This document shows, piece after piece, positions 12,620 through 24,155 of a stretch of DNA of 59,367 nucleotides. Source of the stretch: Catajapyx aquilonaris (taxonomy: Eukaryota). The translations under genes and the position numbers were made by a program. Below the pieces are notes generated by a model, which was not told where the DNA came from, did no database searches, and was given only the letters and a program-made list of their open reading frames with translations. Numbering within the stretch: the stretch's first letter is position 1; the number at the start of each line of letters is the position of its first letter. Location: the NCBI GenBank assembly GCA_000934665.2, contig KZ538605.1:1-59367 (forward strand), given 5' to 3'.

Positions 12620-15600
12620 ATGGACGGACAAGGTCGCGCAACCCGAGGAAGGGCTAAGGGACGCACCCGGACCCTCGTCCCAGCAGAAGGTGCAGCGAGG
12701 CCTGGGGCTCCACCGGCAACAGCCCAGGTCGGCCCTCCAGTAGGAGGAGCAAGAGGAGTAGTTCCACGCCAGGTGCCGTCTGCTCCTGGGATGCCCCAGG
12801 GAGCAGCAGCAGTACCACCTTCGCAACCACGACAACAGCCAGTTGCAAGTTCTCAGCCATCCCTGGTTCAGGAGATGGCTCGCCTGGACGTGAAGTCAGG
12901 TTAGCTACATACCTGTTTGCTTTCGTTACTTTTTCTTTTTTGATAGCCTGAAGGTTGGTTCAGTTTTGTGGCAGCGGCAAGTACTCTTGTGACACAATGC
13001 AATGCAGTTCACAAATCACCTGGGGTGCCAGGGCTGTTTCTGTAGATTGTCTCTCAAGTCAGGTTACTCCTTTCTGTCAACACAATGGGGAAGTAGCCTT
13101 CATTTTGGAAACTACATAATAAATTCGCCCATATTTTTTTGGATTTTTTTGGCATATTCCGTTTTAAGATATCAGTTTCAGTTCCGGAGATATTGGCGTT
13201 TTTTCGTATGCAAATGGTGACGTCACTGTTTGCCTAGAAAATGTTGACGTCACGCGAAGTGAAATGAACGCAAAAATGGTGTTATAGAACGCGCCCCGTC
13301 ATTGTTGTAAAATGCTTCGCTGTTAGAAACCGTCCCATTCCGTGAGCAAGCTAGCGGCCGGGGCGCGTATTTATTCCAGGCCGCTCAAATCGCTTCTGGG
13401 CTGACAGTGGTGCCAACTGGTAGGAATTATGTCACCCGAATTCGGCACATGAATGCCCCCTTTCTCCACCTCGATGGCCTACAGCCGCCTTGCGAATGCT
13501 TTCCGTCGTGTCCGCGGTTAATTCAAAGTCAAATTCCTCATATCTCGCAGTCAACCAGGCATTTCAGTGTACCTTACGATTGGCACCACCCGGCTGCCCA
13601 GTTTTTCCCGCCAATTTATCCAGTAATGTCATTTTGATGCAACAAAGTGATGGAATGTATGTTTACAGGCCTGGGCTAGCTAGTTATGAACAAAAAACCC
13701 AAATCCCAAACCAAGGCTACTTCCCCATTATGCAAATTTGTCATGGAATTGCTGCATTTGTCAGTGTTTCTCAACAGCACATTGCAACATGCGAGCTGTA
13801 CAAATCGTGGGAATTCGGTAAAATGAGAACTAGAAAACCTGAAGATGACTGTTTTTTCTTAAGCTGGGAATCCACGTAGAAGTTTATCTTGCCTGAGTCC
13901 TCTGGCGCGAGAAAACATTGTCGAGACACACTCTTTCGCCCCTGAGGCCCCTGGAAGAGGGATTAAAATTGACAATTTTCTACTTCTCTTCTGCTCCGGG
14001 CATGCGCAGTTGGCTTTTCCTGCAAGAAAAAACTGATCGAGTTGGCCTTACTGGCGTGCGGGAGGGGGGTAGTAGTCGGTTAGGGCAGCGGCCAACCGTC
14101 ACAAAGGGAAAAATAAAGATTAGGTGTGTATCCGCTGAAGATAGGTCTGTATCCACAAGGAAGGAGGTTAGGCTTGGTTAGGTTAGGTTGGTACACCATA
14201 CCCCTTCCATAATCCAAAAAATCCATCCTTGAATCTTCGCCTTTGCGACACAGCCAAGCTGCCCCCAGTCACCACTCACCCTGACGCCTCCCGCACGCCA
14301 GTTTCCGAAAAAACTTTAACGTGGGTACCCAGCTGTAGGTTTACTAGACATCCTGTACAGTGAAAGGGGAGGGGTTCCCAGCTTCTCCGACTAATCACAT
14401 CCCAGGTCGAGATCCACTGATCAGTTCAAATATGATTTTCCCTTACCCATGTGTCACCATTCACTTCAATGAGCTGATATACTTCATTCAGCCTTTTAAA
14501 ATATAATCTTGAGTCACAATTATTATTTGGCTGTTTGATCGTGTAGTAATGTGACCACATTCTGTGTTCGCTTCCAACAGCACATGTAGTTCAAGTTAAT
14601 TTCTCATTCTTAAGGAAACGGAAACGGCAATGGCAACGGCAACGGCAACGGTGGTGATGTACCAGTTGGCAGGGGTGGCGTCCGTGGTCGTCGCGAACAG
14701 CGTATGGAACTGGTCCGTACGCGACCAGATCATATCACCAGCAAGCAGGGCACAACTGGGCGTGTTATCCAGCTCATGGCCAACTATTTTGAAGTGCTGA
14801 AGCGTCCTGAGTGGACTCTTGTTCAGTACAGGGTTGATTTTTCGCCTGAAGAGGATCGCACTTCGGTGCGTAAGGGCATGCTGCGGGCATGCAAAGATCG
14901 CCTAGGAGGCGATTACATATTTGATGGCACTGTGCTGTACATGAACCGTCGTTTGGAAAACGACAGACTGGAAACCTGCTGCGAGAGAGCAACAGACCAA
15001 GCCAAGATTCAAGTGACTGTTCGAATGGTTGGGGAATTGCAACCGTCGGATCACATGTATCTGCAAGTCTTCAACATCCTCCTGAGGCGTACAATGGGCC
15101 ATTTGAACCTCGAGGAGATTAATCGTCATTTCTATGATCGCCATGCAAGCATCAAGCTCTCCGATTTTAACTTGGAGCTCTGGCCAGGGTATATAACATC
15201 CATTCGGCAACATGAGCATAAATTGCTTTTGTGCACAGAGATTCATCACAAAGTATTGCGCCAGGACACAGTTCTCTCGCAACTCTATGCATTTTACAAC
15301 CAAGACAGTCGCAACTACCAGAAGATAGCTGCTGAGGCCTTGCTAGGCACAATAGTGATGACTCGTTACAACTCAAAGACTTACAGGATTGACGATATTG
15401 ATTGGAATAAGTCTCCACAAGACACGTTTCCAAAGCGCGATGGAACAGAAATTTCGTACATTGAGTACTACAAGCAACGGTATGGAGAGATTGTTAAGGA
15501 CATGAGGCAGCCACTGCTTGTGTCTCGTCCTCGCAAGAAGGATGTCCACCGTGGTCAAGTTGAATCACTTTATCTTCTCCCGGAGCTCTGCTTCATGACA

Positions 15601-17981
15601 GGGCTGGACCAAAACATGAGGGAAAATTTTCAACTCATGAAAGCGATGGGTCAACATACCCATCAGGCTCCAGATAAGAAGGTGATGGTTCTGCAGCGTT
15701 TCATGAGCCGCATTCACAGTGAGCCCAAGTGTATGGCAGAATTATCAGGCTTCCAGCTTGATTTTTCCAACAAGCTGATCGAGTTCCAGGGCAGGATGCT
15801 CGAGCCGGAAGGCATAGTGCTGGGCAATAATAAGAAGGCGAGCGGCGGACCACAAGCTGACTGGACTCGTGATCTTCGCAGCAATCCTATGCTGAAGGTG
15901 AGAGAATTCTATATGATAAACATGTTGAGGGGGAGGAGAGTTCAATGAGGAGCATGCATTGTACAGTACCAGTCAGAAATGAAGTACTGGTGGTGCCACT
16001 GTGTTTTTGCCGTCACCAGTACTTAACCACTTCTGACCAGCACTGTGCATGATAACGTTTTAGGTGAAATGGGGGTGTGAAAAGTTCAAATTTAGTTACG
16101 TTGTTTTAAATTGTGACATTCCATCCCTAGGTGGTCCCTCTGCACAATTGGGCTGTGATTGCACCAGAGCGCAGCCGCCGAGATCTGCCTGGTTTCCTGC
16201 AGACACTGAGCCGTGCTGCTTCAGGGATGTCCTTCAACATGCAGGAACCCCAGATTGTATACCTCACTGAGGTCCGCCCACAGCAGTATGTTACTGCCAT
16301 CGATAAGTGCTACAGCAGCATGGGCCCTCAGATGGTGATGATAATTTTGGGAACCAATAGGAAAGATCTGTACGGAGCAGTCAAGAAACGATGCTACGTG
16401 GAACGGGGTATGGCATCTCAGGTGGTGGTGGCAAGGAACATGACTTCCAAGGGTGTCATGTCCATTGCTACAAAGATAGCGATCCAAATGAATTGTAAGC
16501 TTGGAGGAGAACCATGGTCAGCGGAAATCCCGCTGAAGAATTGTATGATGGTTGGGTTCGACGTCTATCATAACACAGCGCAGAAGGGGACATCGGTCGG
16601 GGCACTGGTAGCATCAATGAATCCAGTCTACACCCGTTACTACAGCACAGTGGCAATTCATCGCCATCAGGAGGAACTCTCCAATTTCATTTCGACCAAC
16701 ATGATGCAGGCCCTTCGCAAGTACCAGACTGCCAACGGGAAGCTCCCATCGCAAATCATACTATACCGTGATGGTGTTGGGGAGGGACAGGTGAGCAAGT
16801 TCACTTTTTATTAATGTACTGTCTTCTAACAGTAGAGGTAATTGGTTGGTTCCATAGGTTTTGAAGAACATGTGGATGGATTCAGAGAGATGTTCCAGAC
16901 CATGTATTAGAATGTCTGAAACTATACCAATTATCCGGGTGCAGATTATCTGTCCCTTGCCAAAAAAAATTTGAAAGTCTAAAGGAATGTCGGTATGTCT
17001 TGCAAGCAAATAAATTTAAAATCTATTATTTGGACTGAACTACATATTTAAAGCAGGATTCAGTATGTACAGTAGTTCGTTAAAAACCTCTAAATAGGTA
17101 GGTCATTTTTATAGTGTCGAGGAGCGTTTTGTGGTCAGGAGTACGGGGTACTTCGTCTTAAAAGCTACTACCCAACATGCCAAGATGTCGAAACTAGGGT
17201 GGCTAGGTAAATGGAAAACCGAAGTTCATAGTACTGGCAACAACATGAGCCACGGTGGCAAAAGAGTGAACCTGATCGGGCCCAATCTTATTAATCAGTC
17301 CGATCCACTACGGCTCATGTCGCTGTCGACCATTAATGTTCAGCACTGTACTGGCTTGTATACTCCTGGTCAGGCCCCTGACCCAGTCATGTCTACCTCT
17401 CTTATGAAGCCAGCTGTTCATATGATTGTAATGTAATGGTGCAGTAAACAGTGTCTACTTTCTCCAAGCTAGGAACTACTCGCTGACAAGACGCAACAGT
17501 GACTCATGATTTTCTCTTGCCTCCACAGATCGGATACGTCAAGGACCATGAGCTTGCCCAAGTGAAGGCCTCCCTGGCCACAGTCTATGGGGGGGATTCC
17601 TTCAAGTTTGCATTCATCATTGTCAACAAGCGACTGAACACCCGCATCATGACTGCTCAGCAGGGAAATCCCCTGCCAGGAACCATAGTGGATGACATCA
17701 TAACTCTTCCGGAGAGATATGACTTCTACCTCATCTCTCAGACCGTGCGGCAGGGTACGGTGTCCCCGACCTCGTACTCGGTGATTGATGACAGCTTAAA
17801 TCTGGAGCCAGACAAGATCCAGAGGCTGACGTACAAGATGTGCCACCTGTATTTCAATTGGAGTGGTACCGTCCGGGTGCCTGCACCCTGCCAATACGCC
17901 CACAAGCTGGCCTACCTTGTGGGAGAGTACATCCACAGTGATGTTCATCCTGATATGAGCGACACCCTTTTCTTCCTGTAG
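12620..17981 (+). CDS. piwi: PIWI-clade Argonaute (Piwi/Aubergine-like), about 891 aa
   Basis: Exons 12620-12899, 14615-15897, 16131-16790, 17529-17981 join in frame at GT-AG sites. RG-rich N-terminus, PAZ (TRYNSKTYRIDDIDW, LLPELC), MID (QMNCKLGG), PIWI with D-E-D-H (GFDVYH, QEELS, YRDGVG, AHKLA), PIWI-clade C-terminus LFFL. Confidence 0.96.
13084..13729 (+). mobile_element. Non-autonomous DNA transposon of about 650 bp, copy 2
   Basis: TIR AATGGGGAAGTAGCCTT / AAGGCTACTTCCCCATT. Colinear with 10621-11290. Confidence 0.85.
13862..14334. mobile_element. MITE with internal inverted repeat and TTAGG-like repeats
   Basis: Outer imperfect IR AGCTGGGAATCCACGTAGAAGTTT / AAACTTTAACGTGGGTACCCAGCT. 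Inner IR ACTGGCGTGCGGGAGG (14051) / CCTCCCGCACGCCAGT (14287). GGTTAGGCTTGGTTAGGTTAGG near 14166. Confidence 0.6.
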
Positions 17982-18718
17982 GCATGCTGGCTGTGGGAGC
18001 TAGCAAGGTCACGTTTCAGATCAGATTTTGGATTAGTTTTTTTTATATGTCTAAACAGGAAAAAGATTAAGTTCAGTTTTTATTTGAAAGTCTTACTCGG
18101 ATTTGGCCAGGAAAGTGTTGTTGGTCATAATCATGTTGAGAAAAAGTTCTGTTTTTTTCTTTTTGATTTGAAGTTTTCTTTGTAAGCTTAACTGGATATA
18201 AGTTGCCAATAATTGGCAGAGTGCCTAGGGATATTGTTGTTTGGAAACTGGACCATTCCAGTCAGACGAGGCTGATGCACTGCCAAACTAATGATACGGG
18301 TGGTGTGACTTTTTTTATATTGCGGTCATGAACGGCGTTGTTTATCAAGTGCCTTGTAATTAAAGTACAGTTTTGAAAGATTCTGTGTATTAATTTATTG
18401 TCAATTGTCACTACCAGTTTACAGATTGCATGTGTTGGGCCCTGCGAGTGTAAAGTCAACGTGGGGCCATGTTGAGGAAATGTGGATATCTGATATCTTA
18501 AGAATGATTGCCTCGAGAGGAAAAACTAAAGCAGCTGCAATTTGTTAAGCATGAAAAGTTGCAACCGTGTGCTTGGACCTGTGGATACAAAGAGTTGGGT
18601 AGCAAATAGAGAAAAGTACAAGTAGCCCCAAAATATTTACTTCCTTTATAAATGTAATTGGTATTCAAATGTGTAATACACTGTAAAAAATCCATAATCC
18701 CAAATGCCACTAATACAT

Positions 18719-19988
18719 TTACTTTCCAACCATGGATAAAATGCGTGCTTCTAGATCCTGCGAATACGTTTCATAAGCGAGCAGGAGTTGATGACGAAAT
18801 TCACCACGGTGGGCTTGAGCAGCTTCTCTGAACAGGCTAATGAAGGTGGTCCTGAATTCCTCATAAGTTACTTTGCTTTGATCAGGAATGCGATCATCTG
18901 GAATGTGTTTCATGCCCAATGTGCAAACTGAATAGATAAGGATAAGAGGGCGGAGGTCATCCAAGGCTTGTTGCAAGGAGGCAAGAGAGGGACATTGCTC
19001 CGGACAGCCTAGTTTGGTTAAGGTTTTGTGCAGGTGGGAGTGGTACAGCTTCGTGAGGTCATGAAGGTGCATCTTCATGAACTCCGGCTTCGTGGAAGAC
19101 ACCAGGAGCTCAACAATTTCTGACATGGGATGGGCCGCACGGATCATCTGAAAAGAGAAATAGGTCACTGAGCAATCCTGACAGTAAGCTGGCACAACGC
19201 ACCTGGAAGTCGACAAGTTTCATTCGCTTCACTTCAGAATCAAACAGAAGGTTGTGCAGCCATGCATCTCCGTGACATATAACATCGTCTGGATGGCCAG
19301 GACCCATTGCATGTTGGCCTACATCACGCATGTGGGTGTACAACAGCATCAGTTTAGACATGACTTCGGCATCAGACTTTTCCAGTGTGGACAAGGCCGC
19401 TTCATATGGTGTCTTATAAAATAGTGTCAAGTGTTCATCTGTTTTAGGGTCCCATGTCCTCTCTTGCAAGACTGGATACATCTCAATCAGGGGTCGTCCA
19501 GTTTTCTTTCTTAGTGCGTACGATGCTGAGTGAAACTCTGCCAATGATTTCACTGCAACCTGAACATGATTCAGGTCAAGCTTTGGTGTACTGCGGTATC
19601 CAAGCTTGGTCAGGTCTTCCAAAAGCACCAGGTCTTCAGTGGCCAAGTAGCAACGAGGCACAAGCGACTCAACCAGTCCGGAGCAAGCAGAATTCAAGTC
19701 CGCCATAACTTGATTGTAAAAAGCCGGCTCCTTTTTATACATTTGCAAAGGCTCGAACAGCAATGATCGGTATGGTGATGAAAATGGCGGACTACACTTT
19801 ACAAATATATTAATCTGATTCGGTGCATGTTCAGACTCCACATTCAAGTGAAGCAACGACACATGACTAACCAATCCAGTACCACCCCCTGAAAGTGGAG
19901 CCTCCTTTGTACTCCTTATTACCAAAGACTCATCTGAGTATTGGATGCGGAGGGAATGCTCCAGTACGGCCACCGATGCTGAATTCAT
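18719..19988 (-). CDS. Ecdysteroid kinase-like (EcKL/DUF227, choline/APH-kinase fold), about 404 aa
   Basis: Exons 19988-19203 and 19147-18719 with a 55-nt GT-AG intron. Motifs IFVK, KEPAFYN, VPRCY..LVLLEDL, LAEFHSAS, CHGDAWLHNLLF, LVDFQ. Confidence 0.9.
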
Positions 19989-20530
19989 TGTGCCGCACCA
20001 GCTTATCCGCACCAACAGAAAATGGCTTTCGTGCTCTTGACTATTATCATTGGATTCTCACAGACGCTTGACTCATATCATGTATCCAATATGTAATCCA
20101 AGATGTAATCTCATGTAACAATGTACAGTCTATTTCACATATTATAAAAAGCTGCTATTTTTGTAGCTAATATACAAATATAATAGCTATATACAGCGCC
20201 CCTATTATGTATTATCAGAACTAGTAGCTTCATCTGTCAACCCCTCTAGCCTCATGCGTCTGGTCACTCTGACCGAACGTGTCCATTGCTCTCTCGGCAT
20301 ATTTATTCGGCACTTATTTTTTACGCTTTCCCCCATAATTTTGAGGATCGGGTAGAGTGGTAAGGAGAGGACCAGAGGGGAGACGTGGACCGATTGGAGA
20401 CTGGCAGGCTACCACGTAGCTGTGACGGAAGTGCATGAATAGGTGAAAGGGGCAGAGTCACGCCAAAGGGGCTTGTCTTGCCTGCTGTGTTGGAGGGACA
20501 GTTTTTGCAATACCTTATTATAACTGAGAG
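19989..20530. promoter_or_regulatory. Divergent promoter region, EcKL / TMED2
   Basis: About 540 bp between opposite start codons, with a CpG-richer segment from about 20250. Confidence 0.5.
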
Positions 20531-22759
20531 ATGCATTTGGACGGAGCGGCGGTGGCGTTTCTGTTGGCCTTCCTTTGGTCGGCGACTAGCAGGGTAGATG
20601 CGTATATCATCACAGTGGATGCTCATGCGGAGGAGTGCTTCTACGACAGGATCAAGTCGGGGACCAAGATGGGTGAGGAGCCTGGCAGATGGTTGGGTTG
20701 CGCTTGGGATGTGACACATAGCTTGTATTGGCAGTTGTGGTAACGGTCTTACGGGTTGTAACCTGTTGCAGATATGATAGCTTCTCAGGCAAAACTTAAA
20801 GGGGTGTTCAAATATGGGTAGGCATTTGAACGCAACCGGCTTCCTGCCGTAAGAGAAGGTGGGGAGTAATAATGGCACCGAAAAATTGGGGAAGAATCTT
20901 TGTTCGTCAACAACCCAACCAGAATTTGTGTCAGGGATCTCAGGTTATGTTCCCGAAGTTATAAATATTGTGGCATACAGCACTCCATTCAGTTATGTGG
21001 CAAGTTTTCCTTTACGTATAATATTGGCACTGTATCAAAAATGCAAATTACTAATGTTGGTGGAGCACAGGGAATTCATTAGTGACATTACCGTGTAACT
21101 TATGAAACTGCCAAGTATTCCTTGCTATGAAAGATGAGCATGGTTTCTCTTTGTGACATCTGATTTACCTGTCATATAACGGGCATAATCTAATTATCTA
21201 CAAGTGCCAGCTGATTGGAGTGCCATCTGTAACATTTTCATCGATATACAATGTCACATAGTAAAACATATGGTTTGACATTTTCATGTTCATAATACAA
21301 AACCTTTTAATTACTTTGCAGGGCTGACTTTTGAAGTAGCTGAAGGTGGTTTTCTGGATATAGACGTGAGGATTGTGGGCCCTGATGGGAAGACCATCCA
21401 CCAGGGTGACCGTGAAAGTAATGGGAAGTACACCTTTGGCGCTCACATGGATGGCGTATACACCTACTGCTTCAGCAACAAGATGTCCACCATGACCCCA
21501 AAGATCGTTATGTTTTCCATGGACGTTGGAGATGCTCCACAGGAAGGAGAGGGTGGTACAGAAGGTCAATATTCCTGCAGTATATCATCAAAAAATATCC
21601 TCATTAATCTCAGATAATTATTATAATGACAACCTTGTGTGGGCTATAGCTACTCTGAGTTCAACAGAAGTTTGGCAGTTATCCTGATAATTCATTATTC
21701 CCATCTTTGTGATTGTTTATAATCAGGCCCATGTCACTTCTGCTGTCAGATGTAAGAAGACCTTAACTCAAAAACTAGTAGGGTGAAAGTCGCATGCATG
21801 CCCTGCACTAATACCCCCTGACACAGTGTGGATTAGTGCAGGGCTTGCATGCGACTTTCACCCTTACTCGTTTTTGAGTTACGGTCTTCTTACATCTGAC
21901 GGCAGACTTCCCCCTTAGACGTATAGCTACAGTAGGGTAATTATTGTGTCACGACCAGGGTGAAAATTGACACTGGCGGCACTACATCATTCGCCAAACC
22001 GCCATCTTGTCTAGGTGCATCTGATAGTAAGTCTTGAGATCGAACCAATCGGCAGACTCACCTGCTGCCTATCACTTGAGTGCACCTTGACAAGATGGCA
22101 CATGGCAGTATGGCGAATGATGTAGCGCTGCCAGCCCCAATTTTCACCCTGGCCGAGACACAATAATTACCCTACCGTGTTCGAGGGGTTATAATGTTAC
22201 GGTTATGCTAAAACTTATGCTGTGTTCTTGGAGTAGGCAGCCTACACAGTGGGAGTGGAGTTCTTGCATGAAATTTACACTTCAGTGCTGAAACTGTTAG
22301 CATTGCAGAAGTGGAAAAGCCATGTATCTCATGAGGATATGTGACACTGTCAAGAAGAAAATACATGACGTCTGAATAACTGAAATTTTTTCAATGGACA
22401 ATTATTAAAAAAATTACTGTGTATTATGAGTCTGAAAGCCCAGTTCTACTCCTGTTGAATAAAATACAGTAACTATTACAATAATTGCAATATGATAATA
22501 CAAGAACAATTTCCAATCAATTTCAGCTCATCACAACAAGCTGGAAGACATGATTCGAGAACTGTCTACAGCACTGACTGGAGTTAAGCATGAACAGGAA
22601 TACATGGAGGTCAGAGACAGGATTCACCGAGCCATCAATGAGAGCACAAACTCCCGTGTGGTCATGTGGTCATTCTTTGAGGCACTTGTGTTGGTTGCCA
22701 TGACCCTTGGTCAAATCTACTACCTCAAGCGCTTCTTTGAGGTGAGGAGGGTCGTCTGA
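20531..22759 (+). CDS. TMED2: Transmembrane emp24 domain protein 2 (p24 beta), 205 aa
   Basis: Exons 20531-20672, 21322-21564, 22527-22759. Signal peptide, [41 protein letters not shown]-terminal [13 protein letters not shown]. Confidence 0.96.
21740..21905. mobile_element. Hairpin MITE family A, copy 1 (TMED2 intron 2)
   Basis: Arms of about 75 bp: CTGCTGTCAGATGTAAGAAGACC.. / ..GGTCTTCTTACATCTGACGGCAG. Near-identical to 33460-33626. Confidence 0.85.
21930..22177. mobile_element. Tc1/mariner-type palindromic MITE
   Basis: TA-CAGTAGGGTAATTATTGTGTC / GACACAATAATTACCCTACCG, with pairing extending about 90 bp inward. Confidence 0.75.
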
Positions 22760-23398
22760 AGAAGAAGTGAAGGCGTGGACTATCTCTTGGGGGGGTGGGG
22801 GGAGGGGGGATCCAAAGTGGGCTTTTTCTGGGGGAGTGTGTTTTAAAAGTGTGGCATGAAATTTTTGGGACTGGGGAGAGTGGAGATTGGCGTTTTCTAG
22901 GTGAATAAATGTGTTGGCCCTATTTCTGAATTTGCCTTCTAATTTAAGTGGCTGTGACTTATAGACAACAGAATTTTCAGGCACTTTTTTCATTAAAATG
23001 CGTGCTCAAAACTTAGTCGTTCTAGGATGAGGATATTGGAATAATGGTCAGGACGGGTCAAGAGAGTTAGACTTTTTGAGTATTGTAAAAGGATCCTTTC
23101 CAGTGTTGTTGTTGGCTACCATTATGATAATTTGTAGCGAGTGTGTTTCTAATGATATAGATGTGTAAGTGAAACTGATTATTTGAAATGTAGGGAAGGA
23201 TAAACACTATTTCACACATTGTGTGCCCATTTAACACTTAATGTATTTGAAGACATGCAAGACACACCCCCATTTCAGAAGATCATATGCAGGAAAAAAG
23301 TTTGTAAGGTATTTTCGCATATAAGCCCCAGGGCAATTTTTAAAGCCTTTTTGGGGGGGGATAAGTGCATCTTATATGCCATTCAATACGGTAGCAAC

Positions 23399-23533
23399 AG
23401 TGCGGAAAACGAAACGGCGATCTGACGTCATCAAGGTTTCCGTGGAAATACCCTCACACAACAGTATGAGTAAACAATGTCAACAAGAAAGAACAATGTA
23501 AGAAACGACGATCGCCGTTTCGTTTTCCGCACT
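23399..23533. repeat. 24-bp perfect inverted repeat, MITE-like
   Basis: AGTGCGGAAAACGAAACGGCGATC / GATCGCCGTTTCGTTTTCCGCACT. Abuts a pogo-like MITE end (CTTATATGCCATTCAATACGGTA). Confidence 0.65.
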
Positions 23534-23786
23534 TACAAATTACCAACAGGAGTTTTGTTACAAATGAACATCAATAATTTTGTGTTTAGCATTTAATACA
23601 TATGTACAATTTGGAGCTGCAATTTTGACATTATACTTGATACATCAGGTCTAGGTACTATCAGCACAATATTCTTCCAGACACTTTCACATACTGTGTC
23701 GATAGTACATGTTCAGTAATGTGTTGGTGTTGCATAAGTTCATCACGTGATGAATTTTGGAGAAATGTGTGGTCAGCATTTGAAAT

Positions 23787-24155
23787 TTAATGAGTTAGCC
23801 ATGCAGGAAGCAAAGGTGTGGTTTCAAGCGTCTCATGAATTGCAGATTGGCTGTTAATGTCATGCCGTCTTTCATAAAATCTTCTTGTGCTAATAGCACC
23901 CAGAAAGGCACAAATTGCCATCACAGCAAACGTGATACCAATGACTTTCCCCTCAAAGGAATCAGGATTTGCATAAACCACTGGTACAAGAGTTACAAAT
24001 GACAGGACAAATCCCAGGAGAGATCCTACGTACATGCTGTTCACCACTGCTCTTTCTTCGGATGTTAGAGTCTGGATATGTTGCACTGGCACATGCAGTT
24101 CTGTGCCTCCTTCATCACTGATAAGTACTTCAATTTGTTCATATTGTGGGCTCAT
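23787..24155 (-). CDS. Orphan 2-TM protein, paralog A (122 aa)
   Basis: Single-exon ORF with two hydrophobic segments, LTSEERAVVNSMYVG motif and C-terminal ETTPLL. Homologous to B and C. Confidence 0.75.
   Translation of the reverse strand: MSPQYEQIEVLISDEGGTELHVPVQHIQTLTSEERAVVNSMYVGSLLGFVLSFVTLVPVVYANPDSFEGKVIGITFAVMAICAFLGAISTRRFYERRHDINSQSAIHETLETTPLLPAWLTH

Noticed and set aside
10973..13879. Near-duplicate ORFs (10990, 13407, 13490, 10398, 13002) suggesting a duplicated gene
   Set aside because: They lie in the two copies of a TIR element, frames are not conserved between copies, and no domain is recognisable.
14166..14191. TTAGG repeats as a telomere
   Set aside because: Only a few degenerate units inside an intronic MITE.
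20321..20878. 185-aa minus-strand ORF
   Set aside because: Antisense shadow of TMED2 exon 1 and the GC-rich promoter, with no domain features.
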